Origin: Octopus bimaculoides | Lineage: Eukaryota | DNA length: 62,062 nucleotides | Assembly: GCF_001194135.2 (NCBI RefSeq) | Contig: NC_068997.1 | Coordinates: forward strand, 47,829,845 to 47,891,906 | Direction: 5' to 3' | Part shown: positions 36,331-49,057 of the stretch, piece by piece | How positions within the stretch are numbered: position 1 is the stretch's first letter | Layout: each line of letters starts with the position of its first letter | Notes under the pieces: model-generated | What the model was told of the DNA's origin: nothing | Databases searched by the model: none | What the model saw: only the letters and a program-made list of their open reading frames with translations | Translations under genes and position numbers: made by a program

Positions 36331-37779
36331 AAGACTTATAAATGCCAATCCCCAAAATCTTATACCTTCTATATATACATATATCACCATCCTAATGTGG
36401 TCGATGCCAGCCCCCTCTGGCCCATGTCAGTGGAATGCAAAAAGCACCCACTACACTCCGGAGTGGTTGGCATTAGGAAACACACACACACACCTTATCT
36501 ATCCCCACACACACACACACACACACTATCTATTCCTATATATATATATATGTGTGTGTGTGTGTAGGAATGTGTATATATATATATATGTATACATGCA
36601 CTTTATATCCATGTATATTTTAATTTGCAACTGCTCTGGTGGACATTAAGTGTTACAGGAAAATCCTAACTTATGAAAGAAAAATATCCCGTTAGACAAC
36701 AAGCAGACATCTGTTACTAACGGTGACAACAGGACACTATCGATTAATGGGAAATATAACAATACCTAGGACTTACATTAACTGAATGACATTTAAAACA
36801 GTGGTAGTGGTGGGACTAAAAATTTAGCATTATTTATAAATTAGAAGATTGCTTTTATACACGAGGTGAAGAATTAAACACCAAGATGTGGAACATTGAT
36901 CGTCAAAAATTTAATAGCTTAATTTTAGTTTTGTAAATAGCTTAAAGTATAAAGAGCAATATCTGCGACACTAAGATTTCCGAATTTGAGGTGGGTGGGA
37001 AGCAGAATTTTTGCTTCAATCAACGACCTGGGCTAAATGTTTGTTAATGAATGATGTCGGCTGAAAGGTATCATCCGCAAGCCACAGGTGGTGGTTTAAA
37101 ATTGGGGACGGATGATTTAACAATGGTATTTATTTAGCGGTTCATGGGACAAATGCACACAATTAGATAATTAAAGTTGTACTTTGTCGGAGTTAGGAAA
37201 TTCAAGATGTAAGAAGGTGGGTGGAAAACATTATCACGATGGAGTTTATGTTCTTATAACAGAAAATGGTTGTCTTAGACACGAGATCTTTGACTGCAAG
37301 GAAAGCGCTGTCCATTAGTATTCATATGTATGTAATTAGAAAATTAATACACACTGTATCATAGCTGTCGAAACAAAGGAACCTTAAACAGTCGCTAGAA
37401 ACCGCAGTTAAATTTCCAATTCCTTTCACGCGAAATGAAGAAAATTCGGTGCTTTAAATATCCCCTAGAAAAGGAATACCTTTACACGGACAAACTGACC
37501 TAGGGTTAAACAGTGTCAAGTGAATGACTAACTTCAAAAAGTTATAAGCAAAACACTAGTTTGTAAGACGAGTTAAATAAAATATATACACAGACATGCA
37601 TGTATGTATGTATAATGTCTCACCTGCATATATAGCTGTAGCGGTTTAATAGGTAAGCTGCTATTCACACGTGTTTGTCAGTCAGCAAAATACAGCCATA
37701 GTCTCGAGGGAGGACAGACAACGATGATAGTTATATATATTAACAGCAGTCTAGCAGCCGCTTCTTAACGACGACTCGG

Positions 37780-37790
37780 CTTACCTCCAC
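37780..37790 (-). other. Strong 5' splice donor (GAG|GTAAGC) of a putative non-coding first exon on the minus strand
   Basis: Plus strand GCTTACCTCC at 37779-37788. It lies at the edge of a GC-richer, non-repetitive segment (37785-38000) just beyond the CpG-depletion boundary. Confidence 0.4.
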
Positions 37791-38299
37791 AAATTTCACT
37801 GCTGTTAATGAACAAGTCCCGTTGGTGTAGGTGCTGCTTGTGACCTTGGTGGTTGGTTGGCCGGGTGGTGGCCGTTTGAAATGCAGGAGATAATTCAGAT
37901 AGTGGTGATAGTGCTGACAGTGGTGGCGAGGGCGGTCAGATGGGTTGGCTTATATTGTTTTTACTTGAGTCATCCACGATAGAAATTGTCACAGATTTAA
38001 AACCAGTTAACGAAAACAGGCGAAGATACAAAAATGAGTGATGGAAAGTATAAGTAGTCTAGTTAGATAAGGAAGCTATGACAAAGTCGTGAGTTGAAGA
38101 TCTAAAAGTACTGAAATATTTTTAAATAATGAAAACAAATGTGAAAAGACTAAGAAAGTAAGAAAGAAGGGACGAAATGAGTTCGGTAGGAATAGGTTTC
38201 CGTAGAAACGGACGACATTTGTCGTTGTCTGCAGTGTCGAAAGGAATGCAGACGACACAGACGTATGTTGTGACGGGATTTTCATTGTTCACTTAAAAA

Positions 38300-38640
38300 C
38301 CAAAAAATTGAATAAACATTTCACTGAAAATAGCAACGAACTATTTCTTTAATATTATCCCTGTTCTCCGTTTACAAACTACCCTGAAAGTTTTCCCTTC
38401 CCTTGCGAGGAAGGGGGCAAACAAGAATGTAAAAGTTTTAAGCGATCAAGTTTGTATTATTTAACTCCCGGTCTGTTCAGTTGTTTGTTGATAAGAAACC
38501 ATGACAACTAATCAATATCAGTAAACATGCTAAGCGTCAGCTAGACACTATCCACCGAGCCTGCGATGTTGATAGGTTTCGGTCACGTGAGCAATAACAT
38601 CGAGCTTGTTAGAGATATCGGAAATGAAGTGGTTCATTAT
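38300..38640. promoter_or_regulatory. Possible promoter region with E-box GTCACGTG
   Basis: Non-repetitive, CpG-retaining DNA upstream (on the minus strand) of the putative first exon, with GGTCACGTGA at 38581-38590. Inference only. Confidence 0.2.
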
Positions 38641-38924
38641 TTTAAGGGTCTGTGTCACAGGCCTAAATGAGATTAGCATCTATCGTTCATAGAATCTGTA
38701 CTGGCATATGTGGGAGACTGGTATGTAGCGGACTTGATCAAGCAAAACTTCAGAGATTGCCATGATTATATGCAAGGCTCTTTACTCGACAGAAACTTAA
38801 TTTTGAAGCAAGGCCTAAACCAAACAATCCTTTAGTCCTGGAACCTGTAGGATTCCTTAAAACCAGTGGAACGCTCGATATGAATACTTTGCTTCTGAGA
38901 TAGAAATAGGTATCATATAGAGGG

Positions 38925-39110
38925 CTACAGTAAGTAATTCTTCACATTGTAAATGCTGCGGTGACGATGGCTACAACATGTGAAGAAATATCGCCAATTG
39001 AAAGCATTTTTCAAGTCACAGAAGGAGACGTTTATAGGGGCTGATCCCCTTACTGTGATTTTAATTTCTTCGGCGTTTCCCTTGAGCGAAATGTCAAATG
39101 AGAATTCCAA
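38925..39110 (-). pseudogene. Possible LINE RT fragment
   Basis: INVSFCDLKNAFN resembles the RT motif F.DLKKAFD. Confidence 0.4.
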
Positions 39111-40129
39111 GGATGCATGAGGGGTATTCTAGCGTCTTTACGACTGTTTGAGGTAATGCTCAGAGTGTCGGATTCGAAATAAAATTCTTAAATACCCTAT
39201 ATGCTGGTGTATAATACGACTGGGTGTACAAGACGGTCACCAGGATTTCCATTCAAAAAGTAGGGTTTGAGCTATACTTATGTAAGACAACCTCAAATTT
39301 TCGTGGAAAATAGCTCGAGCTCCGAAGACGCAGGGTTTCCTAGATATAAGGGTTGGGTGAGCTGTACCTTCCCCAGTGACCCCTGACACCTCTGCATTTG
39401 TGTTTCAATAGCATTTTAACTAAGCTTCAATCAGTAAACTTTGCATGCAACAATTCTGTAGTCTTGTTCACGAGAAACATGCCATATTTCTCTCTAAGAT
39501 TGCTTATTGGTAAATCTAATACTAGCTTGGCTGTCTTCAGAAACTAATTACAAACAAACCTAAAGGATTCTGGTGCAAATTTAACATTGCAGGGAAACAG
39601 TTTAAAATGGGAATTAACTGAGTGTTTTACCAAAATGATGTGTTTGTATATACTGTAACACTGCCAAAGTGTCAAGAGAAAATGGACAAACCTTTCATGG
39701 CGATAACATTTTTGTCAAATCACAGGAGTTTCTAGGTTTGTGTCTTAGGACCTACGATGCTGAATCGTTAAAACGACTAATGATTAATAGCTTAAACCAT
39801 CCTACTGTAAGTTGAACTGTTTCAAGGACTTGCCAACCCAATCACTGCAGGCGTTTTATTACTGCCTTTGCAGAAAAATGCAATAGATACGTTTAAGGGA
39901 AGACAAAACTGATAGAAATATCTAAACCCTACAAGGGTAAAGAAACTGAAGATTTAACGTGTTTTCCACCCTTTTATATGGCTGCGAAACCTGACACCTG
40001 AAGACCTGCCACAGAAAGAAACTGAACGATTTTGACTAGATGTCTGGGAAAAAAAATCTAGACAAAGAAGGAATTTATCAACAACAAGGTGGTCAAAAGA
40101 ACAGACCAATGCTCAGTGTCCATCCCTAT

Positions 40130-40290
40130 TTACAAGTGTCGACTGAATTAGGTGGGACTTGTTGTAAAACCACCGACGAACAGGCTTGTCAACGAAGTCC
40201 TTAAGAGGAACCCTCAAGGTCAACTATAAGATGAGCTGGCACCAGACAATCGATAGGAACCTTAGTGATCCTTACATGGATTCTACTTAA
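40130..40290 (+). pseudogene. RTE LINE C-terminal fragment
   Basis: CGACTGAATTAGGTGGGACTTGTTGTAAAACCACCGACGAACAGGCTTGTC...SWHQTIDRNL; homologous to the ends of the array units in 1-6955. Confidence 0.6.
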
Positions 40291-41369
40291 ATTCTCGTCA
40301 TGCTCCACTTCGCCTAATGAAATGGAAAGCAGAGAGAGAACGACCTCAAAATCCCACATCCGATTACTTTTCTAAAAGGAAAAGGGAATCCTTATTGGCT
40401 ATTGACCAACTCGAGCCGAAATGATTTCGGATAACATTTCAGACGGTGACTAGAGCACGCAGATAAATTCGTTGCACCATTTAGGCTACAGCACTACATC
40501 TGGTCCGTATAGAGCTTATATGAGCACGGTGGTAAGAAACGAATGAGAGCTGAACTGTTAAAAGTCTTCGTAGAAGAAACCCCGCTCAGGCATTTCGTCC
40601 CTTAACTTCTAAGGGGCTAGGCCGCATTCAGGTCATGACTCCTGGGTGTCCTGTTGACACTTAGCCACTTGGTAATCGGAGACTTGTGTATTTAAATTGC
40701 CTAGAGATTCCGTATAGTTATAACTTCTCTCCGTTGACTCAGCTGATGACAGATACTGCTGGAGTAAATATTGAAAAGACATCGAAAGCAAGAATATTTC
40801 CAAATCAGTTTTTTCTGCCTCTATGCCTCATTGTCCTGCTGCAGAATCGAAACTAGATCGCTAAATAGCAGTTTAATCACGGCTTAGCAAATCATTTCAT
40901 GTAAATGGCCGATTAACTGACCAAACATCGAACCATCATGCCATTCGACCTTCTATAACCTAACGTAGCTTATAAATTTTCAGTGCTAATTTCAGAATGT
41001 TGAAGCTGTTACAGGGATAACTCTATTCTCATTCACCAGCCGTGGGCAGATACAGAATGTCGAACAGTTTCAATAACTCCATATTCCTGTTTCCATTCTC
41101 CAGTCGAGCAGATTTGCCGTCATGAATTTAACAGATTTCTCCAGTTGTGACAGCGTAATCAGAGAGCTATTAGAATCGACTATTTTGTCAGACAACAGAG
41201 TTTGTTTCCCCAGTGTGTGTAAATAATTGGTTATACTTTCCGTTGAAAAACTAACATAGAAAATACGATGTGCAGTGGTAAAGTTTGTTTGTTGTTCATT
41301 TACACGCAGCCAGCAACCTCTATAGATGAACAACCTCCCATACAACAGTCCTAAACCAAATAGAACATC

Positions 41370-41585
41370 CGTAGATATGTGATCGAATGTAGCGACTTTG
41401 GCTTAGTTACCAGCCTCAAGAAGACCAACATCGTGGGTCAGGCTACATCGGACATCCCAAACATACATATTGGAGACAACAGACTACAGGAGGTGGAGAA
41501 GTTTATCTTGGCTCTACCGTCACCTACAACATATACCTTGATGCCAAGCTCAATATACGCATTGGCAAGGCACTCGAATGATTCT
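41370..41585 (+). pseudogene. RTE-BovB-like RT fragment
   Basis: DFGLVTSLKKTNIVGQ...IGDNRLQEVEKF (frameshift) LGSTVT...LDAKLNIRIGKA matches the BovB-type FGLTISLKKT...LEVVDKFTYLGS...RIGKA motif. Confidence 0.85.
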
Positions 41586-42349
41586 TTCGGCTCGCCGCTT
41601 TATGCTTTCCCTAATAATTTTGAAATGGTTTTAAAGGTATTTTTCTAATTGCAGATGGTTTAACTGGTGCAGTCAGTTCAAGATAACCGGTTTCTCACTC
41701 AAGAAAATATTTCATTCTCAGTGCCAGGTATCGGCTATCATAAACAGCTAAATCATGTTAGTATAAAATACGAAGTGAAATATATTTTTCATCAAGGGTG
41801 AAGATAATATTTCGAGGCCGAGATTGACAGATCGATTTCTTGCAATACATTTCATCAACCCTGGAAGAATGAACGCAAAGTTGACGAGATATGAACTCAA
41901 GATTACGAGACAAATGACAGTTCCAACTCCACTGTGAAAACGGGTAGATATCTAACAAAGTTATTGCCTGTGAAAACCGATGAAATATGAATATTATATT
42001 TTAATTATCAGCTTGACTAAGAAAGTTAAACGGATTCGTTAAATTATTTAACCGACCTAATATAACCGGTTTAATTAAAACAAAAGCTTCGTCACTCCCG
42101 GATAAGCTGAGAGTAAAACGAATAAGAAAGCCTAAAATGAGGTAAACAGGAAAAGTATCAGAAAATTTTGAGGCTGATTCACACGCCACAAAAGCAAAAG
42201 AGACACTACAGTGAGAAAGTTACTATTTGCAATTAACGTTGACTAATTTGTTTCGTAATTAAAAATACCTGTAATAAAAACTTGTTGGGAACTAAGATGC
42301 GGAAATTAGGTTTTTAGAAATGACGCGAAACATCTTGAAATCTACCAAT

Positions 42350-43190
42350 AATTCATGAACCGTATCCAATTGGATCATATAGATCTAGCAACGTGTGACT
42401 ATCTCAACATTTAATATATTAACGTATTGTAATATATTTAATAGCTGGTCAGGTTTTCTTAAATATCGCCATTACTAATTAGAAAAGTTTCCCTAAAATA
42501 TAACTTCAGACGGTGGAAAGCTTTTTCAAACATCAGATGGAAAATGTACTCCCACGATAAATACCATTAAGACACACAAACCAAGATCGGACTAAAATCT
42601 TGAAAATCGCCTCCTTACTTCTTACAACCATTTGGAGGCAACCCATTTCATATAAAGTATCTGCATTAACCCGCATCTAGAACTTTAAGTTCCGTCAAAA
42701 ACTATGATCAGTTATTCGTAAGCTCTGATACGACCCAAAATCTAGAGATAAGTATACAACATGCCCTTTTCTGATACGGTGTCCAGTTATAAAAGGTCTT
42801 GTCACGAAATCCTAAACAATACCAATGAGGCAGCTAATGACTTATGTACCCCACTAGAAATTGATAGAATGGGCACCATCAAAGCCTACTGAACCCCTTT
42901 TACTTCAGGAAAAAAATTACAGCAACATTTCAACATTAAATCAATTTATTCAAATCTAATATGGGGATAATTAGCAAAACGACGTTGAATTCTACTCTAC
43001 CATCTAAGGACAAATCACGCTGCCATTATAGAGCAACTAAAATTGTCAGTTTGTATTTATAACCGGACAAAAATTATTACATCCAATTCGTCATTTGTGA
43101 TTACCACTGTAAAGTACTAATTTCTCGTGATTGGCATCGAATTAGACACCTCGTCTACATCTCTCCCATCAAAGGGAAATCTTACTATTA
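42350..43190 (+). mobile_element. Highly decayed Penelope-like ORF (N-terminal part to RT start)
   Basis: KAFSNIRWKMY (compare NRIKWKAHY at ~20520), FVSSDTTQNL (compare VQTDKTRN) and YIQF..CD. Confidence 0.5.
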
Positions 43191-43204
43191 GTCTGAAAAT
43201 ATTT

Positions 43205-43620
43205 ATTTTATAATAATGGTTTCAAATTTTAGCACAAGCCCTGAAATTTCGGGAGAAAGGATAAATCAATTTCATCGACCCTAATGTTCAGCTGGTACAT
43301 ATTTCATCGACCCCTAAAGAATTTAAAGGCAAAGTCGACCCCGAACAAATTCGGACGAAATGCCGCTAAGCATTTTGCCCAGCATGCTTACGACTGCTAG
43401 CTCACCGTCTTATAATAATGGTTTCAAACATTAGTTCAAGGCCAGCCATTTCGGGGGAGGGGGTTAGTCGATTCCATCGACTCCAGTGTTCAAACTGGTA
43501 CTTATTTTATAGACCTTAAGATGGAAGGCAAAAATCAACCCCGGTGGAATCTGAACTCAGAACCTAGCGACAGACCAAATATCACTATTTCGCCCGGCTT
43601 GCTAACGATTCTGTCAGTTC
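43205..43620 (-). mobile_element. Two tandem tRNA-derived SINE heads
   Basis: Two copies of the segment GG....TCGAT..CATCGAC.C..GTG..CA.CTGGTAC.TATTT.AT.GACC..AAG...GAA.GGCAAA, at 43205-43405 and 43420-43620. Confidence 0.8.
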
Positions 43621-43852
43621 ATCGGGAAGGCGGTGAAGAAGCACAGCAACGAACGCTTCGAGGTTACTATAGTGTAGGAATGACCTGGTTAAAATTAGCG
43701 ACCTAGGGGCTTTATTACATGACTCGAATTTTCATCGGATTACAACGAGACGATGGATTGCAATTGAGGAACACCCACCCCACCGTCAATCCATAGATTC
43801 AGTAAATACTGCTTTATATATACATACATATATAATACATACACAAAAAAAC

Positions 43853-43884
<32 letters not shown>

Positions 43885-43894
43885 CACAAAAAAA

Positions 43895-44105
43895 GAACAA
43901 GAACTTTTCCCTCCATTCCTCACCCTCTCTTCCTATCCTATATATCTCTTCACCCTACACATTCAATACTATAAGAAGCATTCTCTCAAGGTGAAATCAA
44001 AATTTGATGACCCTACAAGACTAGGTGAAAGCGCTAATTTATAAAACATGTGACATGAATAAAAATCTGTAAATATACAACCATCCAGACATCTGAGTAC
44101 CTGAT
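43895..44105 (+). mobile_element. Short hammerhead-bearing PLE-derived unit (family shared with 61610-61855)
   Basis: Aligns by eye with 61610-61855, including GAAAGCGCTAAT...AAAACATGTGAC...AATAAAAATCTGTAAATATACAAC.ATCCAGA. Confidence 0.8.
44000..44040 (+). ncRNA. Minimal type I hammerhead ribozyme motif (degenerate)
   Basis: AAAT-TTGATGA-CCCTA-caagac-TAGGT-GAAA-GCGC-TA-ATTT: stem I AAAT/ATTT, stem II CCTA/TAGG, palindromic GCGC stem III. C3 is replaced by T. Confidence 0.6.
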
Positions 44106-44184
44106 TATTATTTATTCTCATATATAATTCCTGTACATCACCTCCAAACCTTCCAATATAATATATGTATATATATATATATAT

Positions 44185-44365
44185 ACTGGTTTCAAATTTT
44201 GGGATGAAGCTAATCGATTACATCGATCCCAGTGCTCGATTGGTCCTTATTTTAAGGACTCCAAAAGGATGAAAGGCAAAGCTGACCCCGGTAGTATTTG
44301 AATTCCGAGCGTGAAGATGGACGGAATGCCGCCAAGCAACTTACCCGGCATGCTAATGATTTATC
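44185..44365 (-). mobile_element. tRNA-derived SINE head
   Basis: AAAAGGATGAAAGGCAAAGCTGACCCCGGTAGTATTTGAATTCCGAGCG; same family as 9070-9255. Confidence 0.8.
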
Positions 44366-46599
44366 CGTTGAAATTTAGTCCAAAGAAACTAGCTTTCTTT
44401 ATCTAACTAATCATCTTAGAATATAGTTAGGAACGTTTCCCGAAGAAACTCAGACAAACAAACACTGCTACCCCTTATGCCCAGGCAAGAGAGAAAGAAA
44501 GCCGATATTCCAAGTGGGCACATCGTCAAAAGAACCAGTTTTCCGAAAATTATTCCAAACCATTCCTTGAAGTAAAATCAATCGCTTTGATCAAATTCGT
44601 ATGTCTTTATCCGAAAATTCGTTCCGGAACGAGAAGTTATTGCCAAAGACAAATTTCAACCTAAACAGTATTAAAATGCAAAATACTGATATTTAATTTT
44701 GGTAAGAGTAGAAATTCACTCAAGTCTGGCCGAAGAAAATGGCCATGTAATGGAGTGAGGATTTGACAAGCAAAAACAGTTCACTACTGCATAGCAGGGT
44801 GTATGGAGATCACAACACACTAAGGACTTTTGTCTGTCATAAGCCGTAGCACAAAAAAAAAACAAAAAAAAACCGTAGTCTAATTCGGTTTTCATAGTAT
44901 TTGACAGATTACAACACTTCCACGGACAGGTTACCAGTTTATCAAAGGGCTAACTTCCCAGCAATTGCTGGAATTCATTTCCAGCTGAGTGGACTGGAGC
45001 AACATGAAATTAAGTGTTTTGTTCAGGAACGCAAGAAATTGAAAACGCAATCTTGTCATGAAGGCAACAACCTAACCCCATGACCACATTGTAAAAACTA
45101 AACGAAAACTTCCTTTGCATAAATAATGCATAGTCCGCTGCTAAGAAAAACAACTTTTACTTCATGAAAATCCTTCAGACAAACCCCGCAAGATCTTATC
45201 CTAAACTACTATGTCACTATTCAGCCTAGCAAAACGATATATCGAAAGAAATAGCTGCAACATCAATAGCATCACTATGCTACGATGCTCATCAATAACA
45301 TATGCAGAAGAACAATAGCTTAAGGGCTGGCTGAATCTGCCTTATCCGTCTGCTGTTACCACCAACAGAAACTGCTGGCTTAGTGAAAGGACCGTGAAAA
45401 GAGTGCGATACGTCTAGACATGATTTATCCCTACATTTGAGTGTACAGCCTCTGAACACTGCTAGGACGTAGTATATAACTGGAAAAAGATTACAATAGT
45501 TTCACCGCCCATCCGCATACTACAGAATTACTAAATCAGATTTGGTATGGAGATACACAACTTTATTTTACCCAGTGTTAGAGAAAATCTATTGATAAGC
45601 CTACGGTGTTTAAAAGATAACACCATGGTTTCTACATACGTATTCAAAAGTTTTGGGCTCCAATTATGATAAAGAAATGGTTTTTGGTACTGTCAATTGC
45701 CCCATAAACTCTACAGAGTTTTTATTGTTTTGAGTGAATGAGTGTTCCTTCCCTAATTGATATAAAGTGTTGCGAGATATCAATTCTTCTCGGAATGGCG
45801 AGTTGTAATTACACTCATTTAGTAATATCTTCAGTATATGGATCTCATTGCTAGATAAGCTATCTTTCATATGAATCAAGCTGTTTTTCAGCTTTATTGA
45901 AAGCTGTTATATTACCTGAGGAAACGAATCGATGATGATCAACCGGATGCCCACGGATACTACGGACTACACTAATCCCAAGAATACGGACTGCGATTTG
46001 TGTAAACGCTGTGCCTAGAAATATAAACACTGAATACTAAAAGATAGTAACTTTCACAGAACACAGAAGGGATCGATATCAGTTTCAAAATACTTTGGCA
46101 TTAAGTAAACCGAGTAACACTATAAATCCAATAACTTGCTCAATATCATTGTATTCTTCTACTTTCGATATTCAGCAGATATGAACTAAAGGCGTGATAA
46201 GAAAAGCATCAACAGCACTAATATAGGATACAGAACTGAAAGTATATTAACCATATTTCCAAGCTGTATCATTCACCACTTCACATTTACACACAAAAAG
46301 TTACTTTTAACTTCTTGAAGTATGAAGGTTTGGCACTTGAGTCGCACCGAAAGCAGAGATAAGAGAAAGGTCTTTACCCAACAGTTGGGGGCTAATAGCT
46401 GGTTTGATGGATTCAATAGTACTAGGCTGGAAATTAAAGATATGACAACCATTGAAAATGCAAGTTAGAAAAGCAGTTGCATATTATTATTTTTTTTTTT
46501 TTACCACAAGCCCTTTTGTGAAGTCTTTATTATCGTAGAGAATGAGCAAGGTCTCACCACGAATTCGACTCGAATATACGTACATTCACACACAAGCAT

Positions 46600-46830
46600 T
46601 CTCATCCGAGATGTATTTGCCTTGCAAGTTGTTTGGTGACCCCAGTGGTGGTGGTGCTATGTAAAAAAAGAAAAAGAAAGCACCCAGTATACTCTGTAAA
46701 GTAGCTGGCATTATGAAGGGTACCCATTTGTAGAAACTATACCAAAGCAGACACTAGAGCCTTGTGCAGATCTAGCTCCTGTAAAACTATATACCACAAG
46801 CCAGCATGGAAAACAGACATTAAATGATAG
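46600..46830 (+). mobile_element. SINE core fragment
   Basis: AAAGCACCCAGTATACTCTGTAAAGTAGCTGGCATTATGAAGGG; related to 36440-36480. Confidence 0.6.
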
Positions 46831-47574
46831 ACAGGCAGGCAGGCACACCCGTTAAAAGTTTTTCCAGGAAAAAGACATTTGAAGTTTCAGCTTACTCATA
46901 TTTGGCACTGACGAAGACAAGCCAGGTGAAACTTCTAAATCAGACAAACTTTCCCTTGTAAAAGTTTAATATGTATTCTAGAAAATACTGAGTAACCTTT
47001 CAGTTTAATGTTAAATCATCTTTACATGTAACTTGACAAACACTAACACACATAGATCTACGCATGTATATACGAGGCGAGTCAGAGTAATGAAAATTTT
47101 GTCGGCATTGATATTTGAATCACCCGAACCACTTTCATATTCCTGTAACTAAAGTCTGCCCTAGCAGCATCCCCACTATCTTTTACAACTGAGGTAACGA
47201 GCTATCTCCCGACAGCAAGAAATCTATTCCTACCTCTATTTACCTGACATATGCTTCGTTTGAAATCCTAGACCCAAAGATAAGGGAACTTCACCTCAGC
47301 GTGAGAATCTAAAGGAAACTAAGTACAGCAAAATATTTAGTCTAGCCCTCCGATTCTGAATAATCAGAAATATTAAGTAGAACGTTGTGTTAAGAACCAA
47401 TATACGACATCTACTGAACATTTGCATTTAAGAAAGTGCAACGAAAAATGGTATAACCAGTCAGTTGCAATATAAAAATTGTTCAAATTTAATCCTTATA
47501 GGAACACAAAAGAGATGAATTATTACTCATCATATAAAATGGTTAAATATTGAAATCAACTATAGGCACAAGTC

Positions 47575-47975
47575 TGGAGATGGGACTCTGGGAAGAGCTC
47601 GTACCTTTGGCGTCCGTGACGTTGCTCCCTACCTGGTGAAGTGGATGGGCATCCCTGGCTCTTACTCAACCACTAAATCTCGTGTGCTGACTCAGTGCCA
47701 CATCCCGGTACATCGTACCAGCTGGCGATATAAAGCATGAGATGATGTTGGCGTTGACAGCACCACTAGGCGGGTGGAGGTGCTGCAACCACAGCCGAGG
47801 AGCCTCAAGACCATGTGTCAAGACATGAAATAGGAATCTCAAGACTGAAGGCGAGCCATGATACTTCGTGGACCTCTGCTAGCAGTCAGACAGTTCCACT
47901 TAGTCTTTCCTAAATGCAAGTGGTTGGGCTCCAGGTTAGCACCCTGTTGTTGGAAAATCCTCAAGCTACGAAATA
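47575..47975 (+). mobile_element. Probable RTE LINE 5' UTR fragment
   Basis: GC-rich island ending GGTTGGGCTCCAGGTTAGCACCCTGTTGTTGGAAAA, resembling the GGGTTGGGC...GCTAGCAACCC motif of RTE 5' ends (recognition only). Confidence 0.45.
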
Positions 47976-49057
47976 TAGTTTAATATGTAAAAATATGGCA
48001 GCAGTCGTAAACGATGCTGGACTACTTTGACTGCCTCATGTGCTACTCAACACAGGAGCACCTAAGTCACAATTCCTTCATTTCGGGATAGGGATGATGA
48101 AATCGATTTTTTAAAATTCCTAGTAATAGATTGGTACTTTATTTTATCGACTCTTAGAAAAATCAAAGTCAATTTCTGAAATTTGATCTCAGTAAGAAGC
48201 GAAACCAAGTACAAGATATTTTATTTAACTCTTTGCTAACACGCTGCCAATGCAAATTAAACAGTGACTAATCAGTAATTTAATGAGGATACAGAAAGTA
48301 ATGGAAACGCCAAGGACTGAAATAAGCCAACTGAAAGATCTGTTATCAAAACCAGTCTGTAGTTGTGAAACCTTGTGAAATTTGAACTCAGCACTGCAAG
48401 CTAATGAAACAGCATTAAAGTACTTCATTTCTTATGGTTGTCCACTGAATTCGACGATGACCATTTTTGAATGAGTACAACATCTGGACAAACACACAGG
48501 CGCAGACAAACTCCGAATAAAAGAATACTGTAGAGAAATTTAAATTGAATAGTCTCAAAAAAAAATTTTTTTTTACTACGAAAGGGGAAAAAAACCGACA
48601 TAAAAAAGATTTCGAAATATGTAGAAGTTCGGTTTTTTAAAACGACTGTTTATGTTAAAGGAAGACAAAAGCCAAACGTTACTTGCGTTTAAGCTAAAGT
48701 TTGCCAGGTCATGTTAACAACAGCATTGGAGAATGAATAGATTTTAAAAGGCATTTGATGTAGCTGTTTCCCGAGTTATAAAGTGAATTATCTAGCATTG
48801 TTAATGCAGTGATTGTCACGAAATATCAACCAATCAAGAATTAGAATCTTGTCGATATCCCATTCCATGACGAGAAATTAGTGATCGTGTATTGAAAGGT
48901 GATTGGCTCAGTGCCTGTAATTAAAAAACAAAGAATAAAGACTCATACCCTTTACAGAGACAACTCACTAGACTAGAAGGACGAAATTACTCTTAAACAG
49001 GAGAGCTGAACTGATCAGTGTTAGGGATAAGCTGTATAAAAGCCCCAGATCAATATT

